Shown piece by piece: positions 1 through 8,788 of a stretch of DNA of 64,000 bases. A program made the translations under genes and the position numbers. Origin of the DNA: a virus (taxonomy: Duplodnaviria > Caudoviricetes); IMG/VR virus record IMGVR_UViG_3300028792_000003, positions 1 through 64,000 of that record; one strand, given 5' to 3'. The notes below the pieces were generated by a model. The model saw only the letters and a list, made by a program, of their open reading frames with translations. It searched no databases and had not been told where the DNA came from. Every line of letters begins with the position of its first letter. Position 1 is the stretch's first letter.

Positions 1-217
1 GCCACAACGGCAGCGGCTACTACGAGGTCAGTCGGTCGATGAACGTCGGGTGACGGATCGCCGGACGGTCACCCAGCGGGTGGCGACGATACGACACCGA
101 CGTAGCCCACCTGCCCCTATACGCCCGCCTAGCCCGCCAACCACTAGCAGTCATTGCACCTATTGGGGCACTTGACAGCACCCGCCACAACAGCAAGCCA
201 GACAAGGAAGAGAGACA

Positions 218-856
218 ATGGAAGCAACAGGTGACATCGGGACGTGCATCGTTTCCGCCGAAGAACTGCGCGTGCATCTTGGCAGTCCGACCTGGAACTC
301 CGCCAAGGCTGCCAACGCGCAGGGCATCCTGAATGGCTTGCAGTCGGAGTTGGAGGAATACCTCAACAGGCCGCTCACGCAGGTACACACCAGAGAGGTA
401 GCCATGACCGATGCCGGTGGCTACCTGAACCTGAAGTACACCCCGGTCACCCGGGTACTGAACATCACCCAGGTGGACGAGAACTTCGACCCGGCCCTGA
501 TCGCCAGCGTCACGGTTCCTGCGCTCCAGAGCGACACGGGGGTCGAGCGGACCTACGACGGCACCCTGAACCCGGTGGGAGACCCGCTGATCGTTCCCGG
601 TGGCCTGTACTACGGCATCCCGAACTCGTTCTACGTGATCGAGTACGTCGCCGGGTACGTGGGTGACCTGTCCGGGGTCAGGTCCGACATGCTTCGGATC
701 GCTTCCCGGGAGTTCGTGATGAACAACGACGACACGATCAACTTCCGGCAGGACAACGCGGCTGAGGCCAAGCAGTCCGACAACAACCCGGTTAAAGGGT
801 GGACCCCGGACGAACTGCGCAAGCACGACCGCAAGCGCAGACGAGTGATCGCCTGA
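218..856 (+). CDS. Head-tail connector/adaptor (neck) protein
   Basis: 212 aa; SD-like AAGGAAG upstream; N-terminal 'VSAEELRVHLG' and C-terminal 'IEYVAGY' pattern typical of gp6-like adaptors; first gene upstream of the sheath. Confidence 0.6.
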   Translation: MEATGDIGTCIVSAEELRVHLGSPTWNSAKAANAQGILNGLQSELEEYLNRPLTQVHTREVAMTDAGGYLNLKYTPVTRVLNITQVDENFDPALIASVTVPALQSDTGVERTYDGTLNPVGDPLIVPGGLYYGIPNSFYVIEYVAGYVGDLSGVRSDMLRIASREFVMNNDDTINFRQDNAAEAKQSDNNPVKGWTPDELRKHDRKRRRVIA

Positions 857-1338
857 TGTCCGTCACCACGAAGAGCAATGGAGTCCCGCAGTTCAAGCGG
901 AAGATCAAGGCGATCAACAGCCGCCTGGAAAACCCTGAGCGTGTCTGGCCCAAGGTCGGTTCCTACCTGTCGCACACGGCGCGCAGGCAGTTCAGCACCG
1001 AGGGCATGTGGCTGCTTGGCAAGAAGTGGACCCCGTTGAAGCCCGAGACTCGGATCAGGAAGATGCGGAAGGGCTATTCCCGGAAGATTCTCGTCGCCAC
1101 GGGCGCGATGAAGGCCACCATGACCAGCAGGCCGATGGACATCGAGGAGTACCACGGAAGTCATGCGGTCTTCGGTTCTTCTGACCCGAAGGTCGAGTGG
1201 CACAGCAAGGGCACCAAGCGGAACGGCAAGCGGATCAACCCGCCCCGTCCGATCCTGCCGCTGACCGCAGAGGTACGCGCAGACCTGAAGCAGATCATGG
1301 TCCAGTACGTGACCGGGCAGAAAGCGACGTGGCGATGA
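856..1338 (+). CDS. Phage virion morphogenesis (neck/tail completion, Mu gpG-like) protein
   Basis: TGATG overlap with the previous stop; 'KWTPLKPETRIRK...ILVATG' and 'PPRPILP' motifs; synteny. Confidence 0.65.
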   Translation: MSVTTKSNGVPQFKRKIKAINSRLENPERVWPKVGSYLSHTARRQFSTEGMWLLGKKWTPLKPETRIRKMRKGYSRKILVATGAMKATMTSRPMDIEEYHGSHAVFGSSDPKVEWHSKGTKRNGKRINPPRPILPLTAEVRADLKQIMVQYVTGQKATWR

Positions 1339-1964
1339 CTGAGACACTCATGCGGGGCGTGTACGACGTACGCACCGCCATCGCGGACTATCTGGCAGAA
1401 GCCATGCCGGTGAAGATCGCACAGGCCCGCGCACAGTGGAACCTCGGTTCGATGTGGCTGCCGGTGCCGTTGCGCTACGACGCGTACGACCCGCTGACCA
1501 CGAACATCTACCCGACGGTCGGATCGCTGGTCACCCGGTCAAGAGGCTTCAGCCGGATCGACTACAACGCAGACCGCAACGAGCAGTACCGGGTGCAGTA
1601 CTCGACCCGGGTGTTCGTGTGGGTGAAGACGCCGGAATACATCGACACCAACTCGCTGGTCGATCAGCCCTACGACAGCACCATGAAGGTCCGGGACGAC
1701 ATCGTGGCGGTGCTGCGCTCAACGCTGCTGGACGACCCCTCCTTCGGGACCGGTGTCCCTGACGGCCCTGTGCTGGAGATGGATGAAGGCTCCATCAACG
1801 AGGAGTACTTCGATGCGATCCAACAGAACGGGCAGACGGCCACCTGGTACGCGGGAGGCAGCATCGCATTCGACATGAGTTCTATCGAGTCGCAGTACCG
1901 GGAACCCCTCGGTTCTGCCGATACCATCACAACCACAGTCAGCCATCTTGACTCGACACCCTGA
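1335..1964 (+). CDS. Putative tail terminator/completion protein
   Basis: ATGA overlap at 1335-1338; lies between the neck genes and the sheath. Confidence 0.45.
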   Translation: MTETLMRGVYDVRTAIADYLAEAMPVKIAQARAQWNLGSMWLPVPLRYDAYDPLTTNIYPTVGSLVTRSRGFSRIDYNADRNEQYRVQYSTRVFVWVKTPEYIDTNSLVDQPYDSTMKVRDDIVAVLRSTLLDDPSFGTGVPDGPVLEMDEGSINEEYFDAIQQNGQTATWYAGGSIAFDMSSIESQYREPLGSADTITTTVSHLDSTP

Positions 1965-1977
1965 GAAGGAGAACCCG

Positions 1978-2226
1978 ATGGCGTCCAAGAAGAAGGTGTT
2001 CAACACGACGGACAGCCCCGTCGTACTGGACGACGAAGGTCACACGCTCGGTGGCTTCGAGTCCGACGAGGTCGAGGAGACGGAGTTCGTTTCCAAGGCG
2101 CTGATCGCTGGTCGGCTGATCGATCAGGCAGCGTACGAGGCCGAGGCCAGTCAGGTCGAGGCTCCGGACCACCAGCATGACGTGCAGGAGCAGCCCGCTC
2201 AGGCCGCGAAGAAGAAGGAGAAGTAA
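1978..2226 (+). CDS. Small hypothetical protein preceding the tail sheath
   Basis: SD AAGGAG upstream; 82 aa; occupies a common pre-sheath position. Confidence 0.55.
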   Translation: MASKKKVFNTTDSPVVLDDEGHTLGGFESDEVEETEFVSKALIAGRLIDQAAYEAEASQVEAPDHQHDVQEQPAQAAKKKEK

Positions 2227-2229
2227 GTC

Positions 2230-3684
2230 ATGGCAGGCGTCGTCGTCACTGCCCAAGCGCAGGCCGCTCCGAACTCGGCTGCTCAGGCGCTCCCGGGGCA
2301 GGTGTTCATGGTGGGCCTCGCGGAGCGGGGCGACACCACCAAGCCGATCAAGATCAGTTCGCTCGCGGAGGCGCAGAGCCTTCTGGGCAACCGGGTCACC
2401 TACGGTTCGCTGTACGACCAGTTGCAGACCTTCTTCGCTGAGGGTGGCAAGCAGGCGTACGTGGCCCGGGTGGTCGGTGCTTCGTCTACGTCCGGGTCGC
2501 TCACCCTGTCCGACCGGGCCGGTAGCCCGGTGGCGACGTTGAAGGTCGATGCCGCGAACCCGGGCTCGTGGTCCACCAACATCACCGTGGAGGTGAAGAA
2601 CGGCGGTCTTCCCAACACCTTCCGGATGATCGTCACTCTGGCCGGGGTCGTGGTCCACGACTTCAACAACATCTCCAGCCCGTCCGAGGCCGTCCAGCGG
2701 TTCAACGGGTCGCCCTACGTCAACGTGTCCAACCTGGGCAGCGCGACGTCCTCCCCGAACAACAACCCCGCCGTGGTCGCAGCCACCAACGCGTCCGGTG
2801 GAAACGACCAGCGTGGATCGGTGTCTGCCACCGACTACGTGACTGCTCTGGCCCGGTTCAGCCCGGACCTGGGCACGGGTGCGGTCTGTATCCCGGGTCA
2901 GGGGAACGCCACCGTCTGGCAGGGCCTGATCACTCACGCGGAAGTCAACAATCGCATCGCTCTTCTGGCGAACCCGATTGCGTCTTCCGTCACGGACTAC
3001 ACGTCAACGGCGGACGACTACTCCAGCCCGTCTGCTGGCATGTTCGGCCCGTGGGTGATCATCCCGGATGGTGCCGGTGGTAGCCGGACGATCTCTCCGG
3101 AGGGCTACGTCGCTGCGGCTCGTGCCCGTGCCATCGACCAGATCGGACCGTGGCGGGTGCCTGCTGGCTCCCTGTCCCGGGCCAACTTCATCCAGGGGCT
3201 GGAGGTCGTCTACTCCGACAACGACATGAACACGCTGGAGGCGGGCAACGTCTCCCCGATTCGTTTCGTTGCAGGTTCCGTTCGTCTTTACGGCTGGGCG
3301 TCTCTGTCCACCGACGACACGAACTGGCAGTACCTGAAGGAGCGCGACCTTCTCAACTGGATGATCTACGAGACGGAGCGCCGCCTGGAGGACTACACCT
3401 TCGAGACGGTGGACGCCAAGGGTCGGCTGATGGCCGACATCAAGGGCGCGCTGACGGCGATGTGCGAGCCGATTGCCACGGCTGGTGGTCTCTACCAGAA
3501 CATCAACCACGCCACGGGAGAGGTAGTCGATCCCGGCTACGTCGTGATCATCGACGGCACCGTCAACACTCCGCAGACCCTGAGCCAGAACCGGGTCAAC
3601 GCGGAACTCAAGGTCCGAGTCAGCCCGACCGCTGGCCTGATCACCATCCAGATCACGAAGACCGGCCTGCTTCAGTCCTTCTGA
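2230..3684 (+). CDS. Contractile tail sheath protein
   Basis: 484 aa; 'FMVGLAERG', 'FFAEGG..AYVARV', 'ANPGSW', 'VRLYG', 'WQYL..R' sheath motifs. Confidence 0.9.
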   Translation: MAGVVVTAQAQAAPNSAAQALPGQVFMVGLAERGDTTKPIKISSLAEAQSLLGNRVTYGSLYDQLQTFFAEGGKQAYVARVVGASSTSGSLTLSDRAGSPVATLKVDAANPGSWSTNITVEVKNGGLPNTFRMIVTLAGVVVHDFNNISSPSEAVQRFNGSPYVNVSNLGSATSSPNNNPAVVAATNASGGNDQRGSVSATDYVTALARFSPDLGTGAVCIPGQGNATVWQGLITHAEVNNRIALLANPIASSVTDYTSTADDYSSPSAGMFGPWVIIPDGAGGSRTISPEGYVAAARARAIDQIGPWRVPAGSLSRANFIQGLEVVYSDNDMNTLEAGNVSPIRFVAGSVRLYGWASLSTDDTNWQYLKERDLLNWMIYETERRLEDYTFETVDAKGRLMADIKGALTAMCEPIATAGGLYQNINHATGEVVDPGYVVIIDGTVNTPQTLSQNRVNAELKVRVSPTAGLITIQITKTGLLQSF

Positions 3685-3716
3685 GGCACCTTCACTGAGA
3701 GAGGAAGTGCAACGAA

Positions 3717-4127
3717 ATGAGCGACAAGTCCGCACAGCGTCAATTTCTCGTGAAGGTTCACGGGATCGACGGCTACTGGATGACCAAGACTGGTGGTGAC
3801 ATCACGGCGTCCACGTCGAAGATCTACGACGGTGGAGAACTCAACCCTGATGTCCTGGCCGGTCCTGCGGAGGCGTCCAACGTCACCGTGACCCGGGGCT
3901 ACGCCTACGACCGTGACGCGGTGATGATCAAGACGCTGAAGAAGCAGGTCGGATCGGCCACCCTGGACATCACGGTCACTCCGCTGGCTCGGGACATGTC
4001 GGCGCTGGCCAGCCAGTCCGACTACCCGAAGGCTCTCCTGGTCGGTCTGATCGAGCCGGAGCCGGATGCCCAGTCCGGTGACCCGGGGATCGTGTCCCTG
4101 GAGTTCGCCATCTCGAACTTCTCCTAG
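3717..4127 (+). CDS. Tail tube protein
   Basis: 136 aa immediately after the sheath; 'NVTVTRG' motif like T4 gp19-type tubes. Confidence 0.8.
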   Translation: MSDKSAQRQFLVKVHGIDGYWMTKTGGDITASTSKIYDGGELNPDVLAGPAEASNVTVTRGYAYDRDAVMIKTLKKQVGSATLDITVTPLARDMSALASQSDYPKALLVGLIEPEPDAQSGDPGIVSLEFAISNFS

Positions 4128-4143
4128 GTTCGGGCGCAGAACC

Positions 4144-4232
4144 CCGTGAGTGGCCCTCTGACAGCCTGAAGCACTTTCAGGGTAGGACGATGGCTAGATG
4201 GGCTTCCTAGGGCCTCAGAGAGCCACTCACGG
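4144..4232 (+). terminator. Long intergenic hairpin after the tube gene (terminator or processing site)
   Basis: CCGTGAGTGGC...GCCACTCACGG inverted repeat enclosing CTCTGA/TCAGAG. Confidence 0.5.
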
Positions 4233-4331
4233 TCTTCCACCGGCACAACCAGCAGCGCACCCAAGCAACAGGACCAGCACCATCAATGCAGCACATCATC
4301 CAGCAATACCAAGTAAGAGGGGTCTAGCAAC

Positions 4332-4910
4332 ATGAGCGAGAACACTGACTTCAAGTTCAGCGGTGTCAATGACGACGACGAGCAGACGAGCGCTCCCAGC
4401 AACTGGGACAGCCTGCACGACTCCGCTGACAACCAGCCGGACAGCATGTACGACCTGATCCGGACGCAGTTGGCCAAGCCTGCCGGGCTGGAGCCGCTAG
4501 TGCTTCCGGTGACCACGCGCCCCGGGGTCAGCCTGAAGTTCGACGTCGCACTCGATGTCGATCTGTTCCAGGCGTGGGTGAAGCGGGCCACGAACCGGCG
4601 CACCAAGCAGACCAGCGCACGGCACCTCGCCAACACGGTGCTGTCGAACCTGCACCGGGGCACGCTGATGAACGGCAAGGAGGTCTTCACCCCGAGCGGC
4701 GACCCCCTGGTGATTCCCATGGACGAGTTCGCCCAGTTGGTCGGCAACACAATCGGCGGGGTGGGCCAGACGATCACGAAGTTGTACGGAAGTGATGGCT
4801 TCGTGCTCCAGCACATGCGCAAGATTCTCGACGCCGCTGGCCTGGGTGACGAGGAAGAGGACTGGTCCGACGAGTTCAGCGACGAGGACAGCGGCCCTTT
4901 CGAGAACTGA
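4332..4910 (+). CDS. Tail assembly chaperone (gpG-like)
   Basis: Between tube and tape measure; acidic C-terminus; slippery heptamer before the stop. Confidence 0.75.
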   Translation: MSENTDFKFSGVNDDDEQTSAPSNWDSLHDSADNQPDSMYDLIRTQLAKPAGLEPLVLPVTTRPGVSLKFDVALDVDLFQAWVKRATNRRTKQTSARHLANTVLSNLHRGTLMNGKEVFTPSGDPLVIPMDEFAQLVGNTIGGVGQTITKLYGSDGFVLQHMRKILDAAGLGDEEEDWSDEFSDEDSGPFEN

Positions 4911-5095
4911 TCGACCGGCTGAAGGAAGACGGACGGATCATACAGGCGGCGGTGGTGGCTGACCGGTTCAAGGTTGACCCCATCGCCGTCCTCCGTACGG
5001 GATACTTCGACTGGGCACTACGGGTCGCATCACTGGAAGTCGTGGTGGGCCTGGAGCGCAAGGCACACGAGAAAGCCAACCGGGGCAAGCAGTAG
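4895..5095 (+). CDS. -1 frameshift extension of the tail assembly chaperone (gpGT-like)
   Basis: C CCT TTC (XXXYYYZ) at 4895-4901; the -1 frame is open to TAG at 5093-5095 (PFRELIDRLKEDGRIIQAAVVADRFKVDPIAVLRTG...). Confidence 0.8.
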   Translation, partial: PFRELIDRLKEDGRIIQAAVVADRFKVDPIAVLRTGYFDWALRVASLEVVVGLERKAHEKANRGKQ

Positions 5096-5113
5096 CAGCA
5101 GAGGGAGACGAGG

Positions 5114-8110
5114 GTGACCGACGCACCTGGCGACAACACGGAGCAGTACATCCTCCGGGTCGCCCTCGAAAACGCCCTGACCGGCGAGGCGAAGGTCGTA
5201 GAGGCATCCATCGACCGGGTTACCCACGCAAGCGAGAAGGCCACCGCTGCGTCGGAAGGCATGGACCGTCAGAACAAGAAGACCAAGCGGTCCCTGACGG
5301 AAGAGGCGCTGGCGGCTGAGGCTGCGGCCAGGGGCACCAAGCAGTTCGGTGACGAAGCGGCCAAGGCCGCGATCAAGTCGAAGATGCTGGAGCGGCAGAA
5401 CAAGAAGACGGAGAAGTCCTTCCTGGGCTTCATCAAGTTCGGCTTCTCGTTCGAAAAGTTGTTCAAGGCATACAAGATCTACGTCATCGGAGACGCGCTC
5501 CAGTTCGTGGCCACCGCCATCAACGGGCTGGGATCGGCCGGTATTGCTGCCATCGGTGGACTGGCACCGCTGAGCGGGATGCTCGCTGCGTATCCGGGTC
5601 TGCTGGCCGCAGGTGCACAAGGCATGGCGGCATTCAAGATCGGCATGTCCGGGATGGGTCCGGCGCTCCAGACGATCCTGAACCCGACCAGCACCATCGA
5701 CCAGGTGTACAAGTCGATGCACAACATCTCGGCCAACGGCCGGATGGTGCTGATCACGATTGCCAAGATTCACAAGTCCTGGCTCGGAGTCAGACAGTCC
5801 ACCCAAGATGCTCTGTTGAAGGACATCGCTCCCACCATCCGCGACCTGGCTCAGACGTACCTGCCGACCTTGCAGAAGGAACTCGGGGCAACCGCGACCG
5901 AACTGAACAAGGTCGCGCACCGCACCGCGAACTGGCTGAACGACCCTCGGGTGGCCAAGTCGATGGACGGCCTGATGGGCAGCAACGCCAAGGTGGTGGG
6001 CAATCTCGGTGGTGCTGCCTTCGGTGGCATGCGGATGCTGGTGAATCTGCTGATCGCAGCGGAGCCGTTGACTCAGCACATCAGTCACGACATGGCGAGC
6101 ATGACGAACAACCTCGCCAACACCATGCGGGACCACCGGTCAGGCATCCGTGAGTGGTTGCTCGGATCGTACGACTTGTGGAAGAAGACCTGGGCCGTGG
6201 TCAAGGACTTCGGCATCGGCATGTTCAACATCTTCAAGGCGAGCAAGCCACTCAGCAAGGCGATGGGTGAAGACCTCGGCACGGTTGCCAAGAACTTCCG
6301 GGACTGGACGGAATCCGACGAGGGCCGGAAGAAGATGCATGACTTCTTCGAGAAGCAGATCCCGGTGGTCCGCGAACTCGGCAAGTGGATCATCGACATC
6401 GGCAAGCAGTGGTTCCGGCTGACGGACAACACCAAGGGCTTTCTGAAGACCAGCGGAATGCTCAGGACGCACCTCTTGCCGGACCTGGTGACGGTGGCCA
6501 ACAGCATGGCGGGCAAGTTCCTCCCGTCGCTTGTGCAGATCGTGGACGCCTGGGCCAGATCGCCGTTTGCTACCTCTGCGCTGTCGAACGCGATCAGCAT
6601 GTTCGCCACCAGCCTGGACTTCATCCTGCGCACCATCGAGAAGATGCCTGCACCGATGCAGACCCTGCTGGGTAACATGCTCACGCTGTCGTTGTTCTTC
6701 AAGATGCAGCCGGAGTTCATCAAGGGCATAGCACAGGCACCGTTCAAGATGATCGGGGACAAGATCAAGGAACACCTGACGGACAAGTTCGCAGAGATGA
6801 CCACCAGCATGAAGGTCGCTCGTGGTGCTGCCGGGCTGGGCGGGTTGATCCTGCTGATGTCCAACTTCGGTGACCAGAGCACTACCGCAGGCAAGGCGGT
6901 CAATACTGCTGCGCACGTAGCCGGTGCTGCCATGCTCGGCTTCGCAGTCGGCGGCCCATGGGGTGCTGCCATTGCAGGAGCCGTTGACTTGACCTATGAA
7001 CTCGCTGCCAAGTGGTTGAACGTCAAGCACAACATCAATGAGGCAGGTCTGAAGGCCAAGGACTACGCGGGCACGCTGGACAGCATCACTGCCAAGATCA
7101 CTCAGCAGACCAAGATGCAGGTTGCACAGGACTTGCAGAAGAGTGGAGTGTTCAACACTGCGGAGAAGTATGGCATCAGCGACAAGTTGGTGCTCAACTC
7201 TGCGATGGGCAACTACGCGGCACAACACAAGTTGGCCAGACAGATGCGCAACGTCGGTGCCCGAGGTGGACAGGCGTTGATCGACATGCAGGACATGACC
7301 GGAGCCGTAGGTCTGACCCGAGGCAGCCTGCGAAGCAGCGTGGAAGCACAGCGACAGGTGATGGACGCGCTGGGCACGTCGAAGAAGTACGCGGGTGACC
7401 TGTCCACGCAGATGGGCGGTGCCGGGGACGCTGGTCAGCGGCTGGTTGACGAACTCACTGGTGGCAACAAGAAGATGCAGCACATGGTCACCGGGGCCGG
7501 AGACCTGAACGCGTTGCTGGGCAACACCAGTGGCACGAGGCGGCAGAATCACATGTTGATCACCATGAAGACGAACATCAACAACATGGTCAGGGCCGCG
7601 CAGGGATATGTGAATCTGATCGGTGGAGGCGTCCTGGGAATCGGCAGCGCAGGGTTACCGAACCAAAGCACTCTTCCGTCGTACTCGTACTTCACTGGTG
7701 GTACGCACCCGGGTGGTCGGGCATTGGTCGGTGAACTCGGTCCCGAGGCTGCCATCGACCGTTACGGCAAGATCAGCATGCTGGGCATGAACGGTCCGGA
7801 GATCACCCGTCTGGGAGCCGGAACCGCCATCATCCCGGCGTCTGCCACCGCCGATCCCTACGGCGGTGCCACCGGCAAGGCACCGGGATGGGCCGTGAGC
7901 GCGCTCCAGCGGGCCTACGACGGTGCAGTTGGCACTGGGACGCATGACACGGCTTACCGGCCCGCAGGGGGCCACACAGGGCCGATGGTGCACAACGACG
8001 TCCGAGTCACCATGCCGATTCAGACGGTGGGTAGCGACTTCGACGCCGAGAGTGCCGTCAGGCGGGCGTGGATGAAGATCCAGCAGGAGACAGAGGAGCG
8101 TGCGCTGTGA
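5114..8110 (+). CDS. Tape measure protein
   Basis: 998 aa, Ala/Gly-rich and helical; C-terminal 'LVGELGPEA' motif; follows the chaperone. Confidence 0.9.
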   Translation: MTDAPGDNTEQYILRVALENALTGEAKVVEASIDRVTHASEKATAASEGMDRQNKKTKRSLTEEALAAEAAARGTKQFGDEAAKAAIKSKMLERQNKKTEKSFLGFIKFGFSFEKLFKAYKIYVIGDALQFVATAINGLGSAGIAAIGGLAPLSGMLAAYPGLLAAGAQGMAAFKIGMSGMGPALQTILNPTSTIDQVYKSMHNISANGRMVLITIAKIHKSWLGVRQSTQDALLKDIAPTIRDLAQTYLPTLQKELGATATELNKVAHRTANWLNDPRVAKSMDGLMGSNAKVVGNLGGAAFGGMRMLVNLLIAAEPLTQHISHDMASMTNNLANTMRDHRSGIREWLLGSYDLWKKTWAVVKDFGIGMFNIFKASKPLSKAMGEDLGTVAKNFRDWTESDEGRKKMHDFFEKQIPVVRELGKWIIDIGKQWFRLTDNTKGFLKTSGMLRTHLLPDLVTVANSMAGKFLPSLVQIVDAWARSPFATSALSNAISMFATSLDFILRTIEKMPAPMQTLLGNMLTLSLFFKMQPEFIKGIAQAPFKMIGDKIKEHLTDKFAEMTTSMKVARGAAGLGGLILLMSNFGDQSTTAGKAVNTAAHVAGAAMLGFAVGGPWGAAIAGAVDLTYELAAKWLNVKHNINEAGLKAKDYAGTLDSITAKITQQTKMQVAQDLQKSGVFNTAEKYGISDKLVLNSAMGNYAAQHKLARQMRNVGARGGQALIDMQDMTGAVGLTRGSLRSSVEAQRQVMDALGTSKKYAGDLSTQMGGAGDAGQRLVDELTGGNKKMQHMVTGAGDLNALLGNTSGTRRQNHMLITMKTNINNMVRAAQGYVNLIGGGVLGIGSAGLPNQSTLPSYSYFTGGTHPGGRALVGELGPEAAIDRYGKISMLGMNGPEITRLGAGTAIIPASATADPYGGATGKAPGWAVSALQRAYDGAVGTGTHDTAYRPAGGHTGPMVHNDVRVTMPIQTVGSDFDAESAVRRAWMKIQQETEERAL

Positions 8111-8787
8111 CAACGGTTCAGGTGATCCGCGACACCGCTGCGGCTGCGTACCGGAACACGAACAAGCCGCACAGGCGGATGACGATCATGTCCGAGGGTG
8201 GCAAGCCGGTGCTCACGGTGCCGTACGCCCCGCAAGTTGTGACGCACAGTGATCTTGTTCCGGGCTACACCGAGATCGACCGCGCTCGTGGGGTGCCGCT
8301 GCTGTCCCGCAACCAGCCCAAGAACCGGAAGCAGGCGTTCACTCTCACGTTCGGCAGTCCTGGCAACCAGGCAGACCAGACGGCGAAGATCAACACCCTG
8401 ATCAGCATCGGACGCAGCGCCAAGCGAGTGAAGTTGGCCTACGGCGCGTTTGAGACCGGCCTGTGGCGGATCAGCACGATCACGATCACCAGCGAGCGCC
8501 GGACCATCGGTGGCAACATCATGCAGGCCACTGTCGATGTCGAGTTCATCATGGTGGCGGCTACTCCTGCTGGCAAGGCGCACGGTCCTGCCTCGGGCGG
8601 CAACAAGAACAGCAGCGGCAGCAAGAAGACTCGACCCAAGTTCTACGTGATTCGCAAGGGCGACACAATGCGGAAGATCGCACTGAGGTTCTACGGCAAG
8701 GCCGACATGTGGAAGAAGATCGCAACGGTGAACAAGATCAAGCACCCGAACAACCCGAAGACCGGCCGCAAGATCAAGTTGCCCTGA
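8107..8787 (+). CDS. LysM-domain tail tube initiator/baseplate protein
   Basis: GTGA overlap; C-terminal LysM 'YVIRKGDTMRKIALRFYGKADMWKKIA..NKI..P..IKLP'. Confidence 0.8.
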   Translation: MTTVQVIRDTAAAAYRNTNKPHRRMTIMSEGGKPVLTVPYAPQVVTHSDLVPGYTEIDRARGVPLLSRNQPKNRKQAFTLTFGSPGNQADQTAKINTLISIGRSAKRVKLAYGAFETGLWRISTITITSERRTIGGNIMQATVDVEFIMVAATPAGKAHGPASGGNKNSSGSKKTRPKFYVIRKGDTMRKIALRFYGKADMWKKIATVNKIKHPNNPKTGRKIKLP

Positions 8788-8788
8788 G

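Noticed and set aside
15-107. Irregular hairpin at the window start
   Set aside because: Truncated context, and it may overlap the end of an upstream ORF, so it cannot be evaluated.
5030-7552. Long antisense and alternate-frame ORFs here and across the window
   Set aside because: These are shadow ORFs of high-GC coding DNA, with no SD sites or motifs.
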